This document shows, piece after piece, positions 37,357 through 49,139 of a stretch of 64,000 nucleotides of DNA. The first letter of the stretch is position 1, and each line of letters begins with the position of its first letter. Made by a program: the position numbers and the translations under genes. The notes below the pieces were generated by a model. The model was given only the letters and a program-made list of their open reading frames with translations. It was not told where the DNA came from and made no database searches. The stretch is from Raja brachyura (Eukaryota). The DNA lies in contig OY740790.1 in assembly GCA_963514005.1 (NCBI GenBank), forward strand, positions 5,270,001 through 5,334,000, written 5' to 3'.

Positions 37357-38060
37357 ATCATGAAAGTAAGCATGCAGGTAGGTACAGCAGGCAGTGAAGA
37401 AAGTGAATGTCATGTTGGCCTTCATAACAAGAGGAATTGAGTCTTGGAGCAAAGAGGTCCTTCTGCAGTTCTACAGGGCCCTAGTGAGACCACACCTGGA
37501 GTATTGTGTGCAGTTTTGGTCCCTTAATTTGAGGAACGGCATTCTTGCTATTGAGGGAGTGCCGCGTAGGTTTACAAGGTTAAATCGCAGGATGGTGGGA
37601 TTATCATATGCTGAGAGAATGGAGCGGCTGGGCTTGTATAGTCTGGAGTTTAGAAGGGTGAGAGGTGATCTTATTGAAACATATAAGATTATTAAGGGTT
37701 TGGACATGCTAGATGCAGGAAACACGTTACCGATGTTGGGTGATTCCAGAACCAGGGGCCACAGTTTAAGAATAAGGGGTAAGCCATTTAGAATGGAGAC
37801 GAGGAAACACTTTTTCACACAGAGAGTTGTGAGTCTGTGGAATTCTCTGCCTCCGAGGGCGGTGGAGGCTGGTTCTCTGGATACTTTCAAGAGAGAGATA
37901 GACAGGGCTCTTAAAGATAGACAAGATAGTCAGGGGATATGAGGAGAAGGCAGGAACGGGGTACTGATTGTGGATGATCAGCCATGATCACATTGAATGG
38001 CGGTGCTGGTTTGAAGGGCCGAATGACCTACTCCCGCACTTATTGTCTATTGTCTATTTG
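37357..38060 (+). mobile_element. CR1 LINE 3' fragment
   Basis: LVRPHLEYCVQFWS..RTRGHSLRI. Confidence 0.9.
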
Positions 38061-38725
38061 GGTGTGGTCCACACACATTTAAAGAGCTGGTCCTTGCCAC
38101 AGATTTGCCCATTCACTTCATATATCCTTATCTCAGCAAGATCACCATCCAGATGCTCTGTTGACACTTCTGCTTGCCTTGTGTCAGCGGCAAACGTGAT
38201 CGTGTGGCTTTCTATCCGACATCTCAACTATCAATAAATATAGTGAATAGCTTCAGCCCTGAACACACTTCCACAGGCAAAGCTCATCACTGGACTTCCT
38301 TTTGTAACTTTCTACGTTCTGAATGAGTTTATCAAATGCATTCACAAAGATGATCAAAACACCTTTCCCTATTCTTTAGCTTTGAATATTTTAAAGACCA
38401 GAAAGGTTCATCAGGAATGTGTGGGAAGGAACTGCACATGCTGGTTTACACCGAAGATAGACACAAAATGCTGGAGTAACTCTGCAGGACACGCAGCATC
38501 TCTGGGTAGAAGGAATGGGTGATGGTTCGGGTCAAGACCCTCCTTCAGAATGTTCTATTCTTTGGACGGAGACTAATACATGTATATTTACATAATCTGT
38601 AGAAATATATAGAGTGAAAGACAATGTGCAATCTTAGATCCAGGTCACCTGTTCCCCACCAACTTGGCAACACCTCCCAAAACGCACCAACAGGGAACAC
38701 CAACTCCAACACTACATGTCTATTC

Positions 38726-39520
38726 TTTATTGAACATTGATAGGTTACATTGACACAAACACACATGCAGCCTCTCGTGGGGTCTCTGCAGGTTTCAAGC
38801 TGGATCAACCTGACACAAAGGCGTTTTCATACAAGCTGCAAGTTCTCTGAAACTTTGGTAATTAATGTTTCAAGAACCAAGATAGTTTTATTGTCATGTG
38901 TCCCAGATAGGACAATGAAATTCTTGCTTTATGCAGCACAACAGAATATGTAAACATAATACAGAACAGGAGATAAAAGTTCAGTGTGTCTATAGACCAT
39001 ATATATATATACACAATAAATAAACAGATAAAAGTGCAATAGGCTGTTATTGTTCAGAGTTTGTTTGATGACCTGTTGGCTGTGGGGAACTGCCTATTCC
39101 TGAACCTGGATGTTCCAGATTTCAAGCTCCTGTATCTTCTTCCCGATGGCAAAAGAGAGATGAGTGTGTGGCCAGGATGGTGGGGGTCTTTGATGATGTT
39201 GGCAGCCTTTTTGAGGCAGCGACTGCGATAGATCCCTTCAATGGTGGGGAGGTCAGAGCCGATGATGGACTGGGCAGTGGTCACAACGTTCTGCATTCTT
39301 TTCCGTTCCTGGACGTTCAAGTTGCCGAACCAAGCCATGATGCAACCAGTTATGTTTAACCAAAAAGTTATGTTTGATATGGATTTGGTCTGGAATCCAT
39401 TTTCATTCTCAGTTGCCGTTCTCTCCCTGGCTGAGTAATGTACACCGATGTGAACCCTGGAACACCAGTCTGCACGAGGCACTGCATAGCAGTGACTTTC
39501 TGGAGAGACATTCCTTTTCC
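38726..39520 (-). pseudogene. Probable decayed CH6-secretory exon and 3'UTR remnant, split by an L2 insertion
   Basis: The poly(A) context tttattgaacattgataggttacattgacacaaaca (38726-) parallels tttattgaacttgtattggtacattgacacataca (48841-). Tailpiece-like nucleotides flank the L2, and a TAMQCLV motif lies upstream. Confidence 0.4.
38871..39351 (-). mobile_element. L2-clade LINE 3' fragment with ATGTTT TSD
   Basis: CIMAWFGN..IIKDPHHPGH..LPSGRRYRS; ATGTTT at 38865-38870 and 39352-39357. Confidence 0.8.
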
Positions 39521-39639
39521 TCAAGAGTAGCAACTGCTCAACTAACCACAACATGGTCTTGTTACTGTCGGCACAATATCACAGAGGAGATAACCACATT
39601 TGACAGAGTGCAGGAGATGATTAGACACACAGATGTACA

Positions 39640-40185
39640 ACCAGGCTCCTTTACCCAGAGTAGGGCAATCAAGAACCAGAGGACATGGGTTTAAGGTGAG
39701 GGGGGACAGATTTAATGGGAATCCGAGGGGCAACTTTTCCACACAGAGGGCACTGAGTACATGGAATGTGCTGCGGAAGGAAGTAGTTGATGCAGAGACT
39801 AAAACAATGTTTAAAAGTTATTTGGACAGCTACATGGATAGGACGAATAGTGAAAGGCCTGGATAGAGTGGATGTAAAGAGGATGATTCCACTGGTGGGA
39901 GAGTCGAGGACCATAGCCTCAGAATTAAAGGATGTTCCTCTAGGAAGATGAGGAGGAATTTGGTTAGTCACAGGGTAGAGAATCTGAGGAATTCATTGCC
40001 ACAGAAGGCTGTGGAGGCCCACTCAATGGGTATTTTTAAAGCAGATATAGATCGATTCTTGATTAGTATTGGTGTCAACGAGAGAAGCAGGATAATGGGG
40101 TTAGGAAGGAGAGATAAATCAGCCAGGATTGAATGGCAGAGTATACTTGATGGGCTGAATGGCCTAATTCTGCTCCTATCAATTA
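39640..40185 (+). mobile_element. Two CR1 3' fragments
   Basis: SRTRGHGFKV and RNSLPQKAVEA motifs plus 3'UTR. Confidence 0.75.
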
Positions 40186-40349
40186 TGGACTTGAGATGTT
40201 CAGTGATTTGGGCCAAACACGGGGAGACGGGACTAGTCTAGATCGGGCACCTTGGTTGTCAAAGGCAAGCTGAGCCGAAGGGCCTGTTACCGTCCTGTAG
40301 AAATCTATGGCTCCATGTTCACTCCAATGCCAACACGCTTGTACCCAGC

Positions 40350-40600
40350 TCCATCCACACAATGGACTTTCTGATGGACCTCTTTTCCAGTGTCGACAAA
40401 CAATTGTACAAGTACAAATACTCAACCCCACTCTTCAAATTAGCAGCAAGACAACTAGTCTGAGATGCCACACACAGAGGGCCGACAACAATAAGTGGAC
40501 TGACCCTGTGACACTAATTTTGAAGAACAGCAGGCTTGGTCTTCTCAGTGTCCTGGCTACTGAGGAGTTTTGGAATAAACTCAAGTTGTGAAAGCACAGA
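40350..40600 (-). pseudogene. Probable decayed CH5-like exon remnant
   Basis: With one frameshift reads RLVV/LAANLKSGVEYLYLYNCLSTLEKRSIRKSI, versus CH5 GLTVPAAEWDSGALYTCVVEDKSLPTPESRSLEKPT. Confidence 0.4.
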
Positions 40601-40624
40601 AATATTTAGCATTGTGTCCTAGTT

Positions 40625-41127
40625 CTGGTTGCATCATGGCCTGATTCGGCAACTTGAACGTCCAGGAGCAAAAATGACGACAAAAAGTTGTAACCACTGC
40701 CCAGTTCATCGCCGGCTTTGACCTCCGCACCGTCAAAGGGATCTATCATAGTCGCTGCCTCAAAAAGGCAGCCAAAATCATCAAGGACCCACACCATCCT
40801 GGCCACACACTCATCTCACCATTGCCATCAGGAAGAAGTTACAGGAGCCTGAAAACTGTAACGTTCAGGTACAGGAACAGCTTCTTCCCTGCAGCCATCA
40901 GGCTATTAAACACAATGAATAAGCTCTGAGCTCTGAACTGCAAAATACTATATTATTGTTTGTTATTTGCACTATTTGTTATTTATTGAACTTTTTCTTT
41001 TTTTCTCTTCCCCCATTATGCACTATGTTTACATATTCACATATTCTGTTGTGCTGCAGCAAGTAAGAATTTCATTGTCCCATCCGGGACATATGACTAT
41101 AAAACACTCTTGACTCTTCTTGACTCT
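40625..41127 (+). mobile_element. L2-clade LINE 3' fragment
   Basis: IIKDPHHPGHTLISPLPSGRSYRS; (GACTCTT)n tail. Confidence 0.8.
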
Positions 41128-41259
41128 AGTCCAGGCCTCTTGGTCATCACTCACTCACTCACACACTGCAACACCTGTCCTTCAGTGCTAAACTTGCCTG
41201 GCCCCTATTTTGTGACGGGGTAAAAGATGTGATCATTAGAGTAAATCCCAGCACGCTAC

Positions 41260-41577
41260 CTTGAAAGCTTTTCACTTCCCGGCTGATACTGGTGTTCGAG
41301 GGGGGATGAGACACTGTACAGCCAAAGACTGAGCCTTTTTTCCAATCCTCTGAACTCACAGTCAGGAAGTGGCTGGCACTGAAAGTCCCCCCCTGCTCCA
41401 GAGCAGTCGGTGAAGCGCTGGTGGTGGAGGAGATCGGGGCTCCGTCTTTCTCCCACGTGACGTTTATGAGGTCCGGGTAGAAACCAGAGAGCACACACTC
41501 GAGGGTGGCTGTGTGGCTACGCTTGGTCTCTTCATGAGCTGGAGGCAGCAGTCTGACCTTGGGGCTTTTTGTTTCAA
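41260..41577 (-). CDS. Extra CH4-like exon, pair C
   Basis: ttccag acceptor, 318 nt open, G|GTAGCG donor. Confidence 0.85.
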
Positions 41578-41619
41578 CTGGAACAGAGGAGCAAAGTAAA
41601 TGTGAGACCCTCTTCCTCA

Positions 41620-41923
41620 AGGGCCTGTCCCAATTACGCGATTTTTTTCGTCGAATGTTTTCAGCATGTTCAATATCCAGCGGCCACCAGAACTAGGTAC
41701 GACTCTTTGGGCAACTACTCATGACCATACAGGCTTCACCCCACAACATGTCGCCAGGGTGTCGCCTGTATGTTCGTGAGTAGTCTCCTCAGTCGCACAG
41801 AGTCGGAGTGTCTTTCTGGAATTTTCCAGAACTTTCAACATGTTGAATATTTTCGCTGACCTGCAAGGACCTATGACGGGTGCCGGCAGTCGCCAAAAAA
41901 GTTGTGTAAGTGGGACAGGCCCC
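41620..41923. mobile_element. PIF/Harbinger-like MITE (also at 43616-43912, 45632-45972, 54918-55258)
   Basis: TIR AGGGCCTGTCCCACTTACG...CGTAAGTGGGACAGGCCC; 3-bp TCA (or TAA/TTA) flanks. Confidence 0.75.
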
Positions 41924-41969
41924 TCATGGCAACTAATGTTGGCCATATCTTTGCCGATCTCTCGCCCAC

Positions 41970-42271
41970 CTTTGGACTTTCTGTCCGTGCTGACACTGGT
42001 GAGGATGATGGAGATCGTTGGGCAGAGCACACAACCTCCACCCCGCTGGTCCATTCCTCCACACTGCTCCGGAGTTTACTGCTCACTCTGTCTTGGGTCC
42101 TTTCTCCTCTCGGTTGGTGGGTCACAGCCCCTGTAGTTCTCTCCCTTCCGCTCACTTGCCAGTAGATTTGGACCTGGCTCAGATCAGCACCCATTACCAC
42201 GCACACCACAGTAGCGGTCTTGTTGATCCAAATCTCTTCAGTGGAGGGGTTTTGGATAAAGACAGACAATT
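41970..42271 (-). pseudogene. Extra CH3-like exon, pair C, with 1-nt deletion near the donor
   Basis: 302 nt. Reads AGTCCAAAG|GT versus AGTGCCAAAG|GT in pairs A and B, which changes the exit phase. Confidence 0.75.
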
Positions 42272-42379
42272 CTGCAGATGAGAAATAGGAAGCTTACAAA
42301 CCGGACAAGGTCTGGTGTTGTCGTCACCAATCAACGACTTGCATTCATTTTCCAGACTCACTTTATTGACGTGTGCACA

Positions 42380-43124
42380 AGGAACAACCTCTCTCTCAAT
42401 GTCAGCAATACTAAAGAGATGATTATGGACTACAGGAGACAGCAGGTGAGTGGACACCTCCCATCCACATCGGTGATGCTGAGGTTGAAAGGGTCAGCAG
42501 CTTCAAGTTCCTCAGTGCGCACATCACTGAGGACCTCTCCTGGACACTGCACACGGACACAATAACAAAGAGAGCCCGCCAGCGGCTCTTTTTCCTGAGA
42601 AGACTGAGCAAGTTTGGCATGAACGCCAGCATCCTCACAAACTTCTACAGATGCACCATCGAGAGCCTGCTGATGGGCTGCATCACAGTCTGGTACGGGA
42701 ACTGTTCTGCTCACAGCCGTAAATCACTACAGAGAGTGGTGAAGGCGGCACAGCACATCACTGGCAACTGTCTCCTGGCCATTCAGGACATTTTCCACTG
42801 GCGGTGCCTGCGGAAGGCACACAGCATCATCAAGGACCACAGCCACCCAGCTCACAGACTGTTCTCCTTGTTACCGTCAGGCAGACGATACAGGAGCATG
42901 GCTGCAAGTTCCACCAGACTTAAGAAAAGTTTTTACCATCAGGCTACTAGGCTAAATACTCTATCATTATTTGTTATTTGCACTATATTTGTTATTTAGT
43001 TAACATTCTTTCACTTCCCCCGTTATGCACTATGTTTACATATTCACATATTCTGTTGTGCTGCAGCAAGTAAGAATTTCCTTGTCCCGTCCAGGACATA
43101 TGACAATGAAACACTCTTGACTCT
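42380..43124 (+). mobile_element. L2-clade LINE fragment at the repeat junction (paralog at 44382-45140)
   Basis: NFYRCTIESLL.GCITVWYGNC..LPSGRRYRS. Confidence 0.85.
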
Positions 43125-43255
43125 AGTCTAGGCCTCTTGGTCATCACTCACTCACTCACACACTGCAACACCAGTCCTTCAGTGCTAAACTTGCCTGGCT
43201 CTAATTTGTGATGGGGTAAAAGATGTGATCATTAGAGTGAATCCCAGCACCGTAC

Positions 43256-43573
43256 CTTGAAAGCTTTTCACTTCCCGGCTGATACTGGTGTTCGAGGGGG
43301 GATGAGACACTGTACAGCCGAAGACTGAGCCTTTCTTCCAATCCTCTGAGCTCACAGTCAGGAAGTGGCTGGCACTGAAAGTCCCCCCCTGCTCCAGAGC
43401 AGTCGGTGTAGCGCTGGTGGTGGAGGAGATTGGGGCTCCGTCTTTCTCCCAAGTGACGTTTATGAGGTCCGGGTAGAAACCAGAGAGCACACACTCGAGG
43501 GTGGCTGTGTGGCTATGCTTGGTCTCTTCATGAGCTGGAGGCAGCAGTCTGACCTTGGGACTTTTTGTTTCAA
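43256..43573 (-). CDS. Extra CH4-like exon, pair B
   Basis: 318 nt open, canonical AG/GT, near-identical to pair A. Confidence 0.88.
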
Positions 43574-43958
43574 CTAGAACAGAGGAGTAAAGTAAATGTG
43601 AGACCCTCTTCCTCAAGGGTCTGTCCCACTTACGTGACTTTTTCGGCGACTGCCGGCACCCGTCATAGGTTGATACAGGTCGCCAAAAATTTTCAATGTG
43701 TTGAAAATCAGGCGGCGACCAGAACAAGGTGCGACATGTCGCCAGGGTGTCGCCTGTATGGTCGTGAGTGGTCTCCTCAGTCGCCAAAAGAGTCATAACA
43801 TCTTTCTGGTCACCGCTGGATTTTCAACATGTTGTAATTTTTCGCCGACCTGCAACGACCTATGACGGGTCCCGGCAGTCGCCGAAAAAGTCGCGTAAGT
43901 GGGACAGGCCCATCATGGTAACTAATGTTGGCCATATCATTGCCGATCTCTCGCCCAC

Positions 43959-44261
43959 CTTTGGCACTTTCTGTCCGTGCTGACACTGGTGAGGATGATG
44001 GAGATCGTTGGGCAGAGCACACAACCTCCACCCCGCTGGTCCATTCCTCCACACTGCTCCGGAGTTTACTGCTCACTCTGTCTTGGGTCTTCTCTCCTCT
44101 CGGTTGGTGGGTCACAGCCCCTGCAGTTCTCTCCCTGCCGCTCACTTGCCAGTAAATTTGGACCTGGCTCAGATCAGCACCCATTACCACGCACACCACA
44201 GTAGCGGTCTTGTTGATCCAAATCTCTTCAGTGGAGGGGTTTTGGATAAAGACAGACAATT
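43959..44261 (-). CDS. Extra CH3-like exon, pair B
   Basis: 303 nt open, canonical AG/GT, near-identical to pair A. Confidence 0.88.
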
Positions 44262-45271
44262 CTGCAGATGAGAAATAGGAAGCTTACAAACCGGACAAAG
44301 ACTGGTGTTGTCGTCACCGATTAACTGGACTCTGACAAATTGCATTCATTTTCCAGACTCACTTTACTAACGTGTGCACAAGGAACAACCTCTCTCTCTA
44401 TGTCAGCAAAACTAAAGAGATGATTGTGGACTACAGGAGACAGCAGGGGAGTGGACGCCTCCCATCCACATCGGTGATGCTGAGAGTGAAAGTGTCAGCA
44501 GCTTCAAGTTCCTCAGTGCGCACATCACTGAGGACCTCTCCTGGACACTGCACACGGACACAATAACAAAGAGAGCCCGCCAGCGGCTCTTTTTCCTGAG
44601 AAGACTGAGCAAGTTTGGCATGAACGCCAGCATCCTCACAAATGTCTACAGATGCACCATCGAGAGGCTGCTGACGGGCTGCATCACAGTCTGGTATGGG
44701 AACTGTTCTGCTCACAGCCGCAAATCACTACAGAGAGTGGTGAAGGCGGCACAGCTCATCACTGGCAACTGTGTCCTGGCCATTCAGGACATTTTCCACT
44801 GGCGGTGCCTGCGGAAGGCACACAGCATCATCAAGGACCACAGCCACCCAGCACACAGACTGTTCTCCTTGTTACCGTCAAGCAGACGATACAGGAGCAT
44901 TGCTGCAAGTACCACCAGACTTAAGACAGCTTTTACCATCAGGCCATCAGGCTAAATACACTATCATTATTTGTTATTTGCACTACATTTGTTATTTATT
45001 GAACTTTTTCTTTTTTTCTCTTACCCCGTTATGCACTATGTTAACATATTCACATATTCTGTTGTGCTGCAGCAAGTAAGAATGTCCTTGTCCCGTCCGG
45101 CACATATAACAATAAAACACTCTTGACTCTTCTGGACTCTAGTCTAGGCCTCTTGATTATCACTCACTCACTCACACACTGCAACACCTGTCCTTCAGTG
45201 CTAAACGTACCTGGCTCTATTTTGTGACGGGGTAAAAGATGTGATCATTAGAGTGAATCCCAGCACCGTAC

Positions 45272-45589
45272 CTTGAAAGCTTTTCACTTCCCGGCTGATA
45301 CTGGTGTTCGAGGGGGGATGAGACACTGTACAGCCGAAGACTGAGCCTTTCTTCCAATCCTCTGAACTCACAGTCAGGAAGTGGCTGGCACTGAAAGTCC
45401 CCCCCTGCTCCAGAGCAGTCGGTGTAGCGTTGGTGGTGGAGGAGATCGGGGCTCCGTCTTTCTCCCAAGTGACGTTTATGAGGTCCGGATAGAAACCAGA
45501 GAGCACACACTCGAGGGTGGCTGTGTTGCTATGCTTGGTCTCTTCATGAGCTGGAGGCAGCAGTCTGACCTTGGGACTTTTTGTTTCAA
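45272..45589 (-). CDS. Extra CH4-like exon, pair A
   Basis: ttctag acceptor, 318 nt open, G|GTACGG donor. VETKSPKVRLLPPAHEETK...LECVLSGFYPDLINVTW...FGCTVSHPPS. Confidence 0.88.
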
Positions 45590-46018
45590 CTAGAACAGAG
45601 GAGTAAAGTAGATGTGAGACCCTCTTCCTCAAGGGCCTGTCCCACTTACGTGACTTTTTCGGTGACTGCCGGCACCTGTCATAAGTCATTACAGGTCGCC
45701 CAAAATGTTCAACATGTTGAAAATCCAGCGGCGACCAGGACAAGGTACGACTCTTTGGGCGACTACTCACGACCATACAGGCTTCACCCCATGACATGTC
45801 GCCAGGGTGTCGCCTGTATGGTCGTGAGTAGTCTCCTCAGTCGCCCAAAGAGTCGTAGCGTCTTCCTGGTCACCGCTGCATTTTCAACATGTTGACAATT
45901 TTCAGCCACCTGTAACGACCTATGAAGACTCCCAGCAGTCGCCAAAAAAGTCGCGTAAGTGGGACAGGCCCCTCATGGTAACTAGTGTTGGCCATATCAT
46001 TGCCAATCTCTCGCCCAC

Positions 46019-46321
46019 CTTTGGCACTTTCTGTCCATGCTGACACTGGTGAGGATGATGGAGATCGTTGGGCAGAGCACACAACCTCCACCCCGCTGGT
46101 CCATTCCTCCACACTGCTCCGGAGTTTACTGCTCACTCTGTCTTGGGTCCTTTCTCCTCTCGGTTGGCGGGTCACAGCCCCTGTAGTTCTCTCCCTTCCG
46201 CTCACTTGCCAGTAGATTTGGACCTGGCTCAGATCAGCACCCATTACCACGCACACCACAGTAGCGGTCTTGTTGATCCAAATCTCTTCAGTGGAGGGGT
46301 TTTGGATAAAGACGGACAATT
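46019..46321 (-). CDS. Extra CH3-like exon, pair A
   Basis: ctgcag acceptor, 303 nt open, G|GTGGGC donor. ELSVFIQNPSTEEIWINKTATVVCVVMGADLSQVQIYW...VVCSAQ. Confidence 0.88.
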
Positions 46322-46910
46322 CTGCAGATGAGAAATAGGAAGCTTACAAACCAGACAAGGTCTGGTGTTGTCGTCACCGATCAACTGGACTCTGACGACT
46401 TGCATTCATTTTTCAGCCTCACTTTATTGACGTCAGCACAAGGAGAGCAGCACAGTCCCAGTTACCTGCTGCTCTGAAATTCCACTCAGCATTGATACAG
46501 AGTTTGACCCTTGAAATTATGCGTACTCTAATTTCTTATAATCGAACACAATACATTCTCCACAACACTTATACAAATACATTAACACTAACACAAATAA
46601 AACTACATGCTGTTCAATTATTATTGGTATTTAATTTCAGTGCACCATGGAAAGCATTTTATCGGGATGCATCACAGCATGGTTTGGGAACAGCTCCATC
46701 CAAGAAATAGCAGCGAATTGTGGTTGCAGACCAGATCATCGCACAAACTAACCTCCCTTCCACTCTCCATTTACATCTCACGCTGGCTCACATAATCAAG
46801 GACCAGTCACACCCTGGCCACTCTCTCTTCTCCACTCTCCCATCAGGCAAAAGGTATAGAAGTGTGAAAACGCACACCTCCAGATTCAGGGACAGTTTTT
46901 TCCCAGCTAT

Positions 46911-47671
46911 TATAGAAACATAGAAACATAGAAAATAGGTGCAGGAGTAGGCCATTCGGCCCTTCGAGCCTGCACCGCCATTCAATGTGATCATGGCTGA
47001 TCATCCAACTCAGTATCCCGTACCTGCCTTCTCTCCATACCCCCTGATCCCTTTAGCCACAAGTGCCACATCTAACGCCCTCTTAAATATAGCCAATGAA
47101 CTGGCCTCAACTACCTTCTGTGGCAGAGAATTCCAGAGACTCACCACTCTCTGTGTAAAGAATGTTTTCCTCATTTCGGTCCTAAAGGAATTGCCCCTTA
47201 TCCTTAGACTGTGACCCCTTGTTCTGGACTCCCCCAACATCGGGAACAATCTTCCAGCATCTAGCTTGTCCAACCCCTTAAGAATTTTGTAGGTTTCTAT
47301 AAGATCCCCCCTCAATCTTCTAAATTCCATCGAGTACAAACCGAGTCTATCCAATCTTTCCTCATATGAAAGTCCTGACATCCCAGGAATCAGTCTGGTG
47401 AATCTTCTCTGTACCCCCTCTATGGCAAGGATGTCTTTCCTCAGATTTGGAGACCAAAACTGTACGCAGTACTCCAGGTGTGGCCTCACCAAAACCCTGT
47501 ACAACTGCAGTAGAACCTCCCTGCTCCTAAACTCAAATCCTTTCGCTATGAATGCTAACATACCATTTGCTTTCTTCACTGCCTGCTGCACCTGCATGCC
47601 TACTTTCAATGACTGGTGTACCATGACACCCAGGTCTCGTTGCATCTCCCCCTTACCTAATCTGCCACCAT
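46911..47671 (-). mobile_element. Young CR1 LINE 3' fragment
   Basis: Open ORF2 C-terminus from 47010 to ~47670; (ATAGAAAC)n tail. Confidence 0.92.
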
Positions 47672-48840
47672 TATCAAGCAACTGAACCACCCCACCAACC
47701 AGAGCGCAGTCCTGAGCAATCACTGGAGACCCTCGGACTACATTTAATCGGACATTACCTTGCACAAAACATTATTCCCTTCTTCATGTATCTGTATACT
47801 GTGGATGGCTTGATTGTAATTATATAGTCTTTCTGGTGACTGGTTAGCACGCAACAAAAAGCATTTTCACTGTACCTCGGTCTACGTGACCGTAAACCAA
47901 ACCAAACAACCCTCGGCCCACACAATGGGCATTGCATCCCCCACCCTACACCATTACTCCTTCCACCATCGACACTTCACGCTGCCTCAGGAAAGCAGCC
48001 AACATCATCAAGGAACCCACATCCCAGTCATTGTCTCTACTCCCCTCTCCAGAAGATACAAGAAGCTTGAAATCACGTAGCAGCAGGTTTAAGAACAGAT
48101 TTACCTTAAGCACCGACAGGCAGATGTTTAATTGTAACATTGGAATAGAAGAGTTACCAATGATGAGTTGTCTCTTGTATTCAACATCATCCGTGCACAC
48201 CCACTGAGGACAGAGACTCCTCAAACAACCATCCCCCTTGTTAGACACAGATGTCATGTGTGGCTCAGTGGTGAGCAATGTCACCTCATGAAAGCTGCTG
48301 TCTTTGGCATGAGGCTTTAAGGAGGTGCTTCTCAGGTAGATGTCAGCAATGCCACGACATGACCACGACTGTTCTGCTCAGAGTCCTGAGCTAATATTTA
48401 TCTTGAAACCAAACAGCTAAACACAGGTGGGCTGTGGGAAGTGAGGGGAAAGAGGGAGAAAGCAAGGACTACCTGACGCAGGAGATGTGGCCAGATTTGG
48501 TTTGCCATGTGGGAGCTTGCATCAGGTACATTGTCACAGCTGGGCCAAGAAAGACCATGGTCCAATCAGTTCACCTTGTGTCACCCTGACGGTCGCATGG
48601 CAGAGTGATAATGGAGTTAATGACCAACAACCACAATCAATCTCTGTCTTTAACTGGTCCAGGCGTGGGTGTCAGAACACCCAATTGTGGAAGGTTTTGG
48701 ACACATTGATCCAACAAAACCTCTTTCTCCCAGAATGTGCTTCTCCTAGAATGTGCACACCTCACATCCCAGCTACCCATGTACTGCCACCCAAAACACA
48801 CCAGTCACAGACACGCACACAAAACCTTTTTCACATCACA

Positions 48841-48846
48841 TTTATT
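48841..48846 (-). terminator. Polyadenylation signal of the long secreted form
   Basis: AATAAA on the minus strand ~300 nt after the CH6 stop, followed by GT-rich sequence. Confidence 0.7.
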
Positions 48847-49139
48847 GAACTTGTATTGGTACATTGACACATACATAGATTTAATACCTTGTGTGATCCC
48901 ATACAGGGTTAAAATCTGTTCAAGCATGGCAAAAAAAAGTTCTGTAAATGTATCCAGAAGCTCAGACATTTGTGGTGAATCATGGCTGTCACTTAAGTTG
49001 TAGCTCGTGTGGAATTATGTTTTTAATGATTTACAAAGGTTCACATTTTGACGATGTATTATGGAACTGACCCATCATCCTCTGGGTCAGTTAATAAATC
49101 CAGAAATGAACAAAACAAGTGTTTGAGAAATGAATCATG

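Noticed and set aside
41159-45797. Long ORF-track proteins extending Ig domains at both ends
   Set aside because: The extensions run through splice sites into intron or MITE sequence; exon limits were set by AG/GT and phase.
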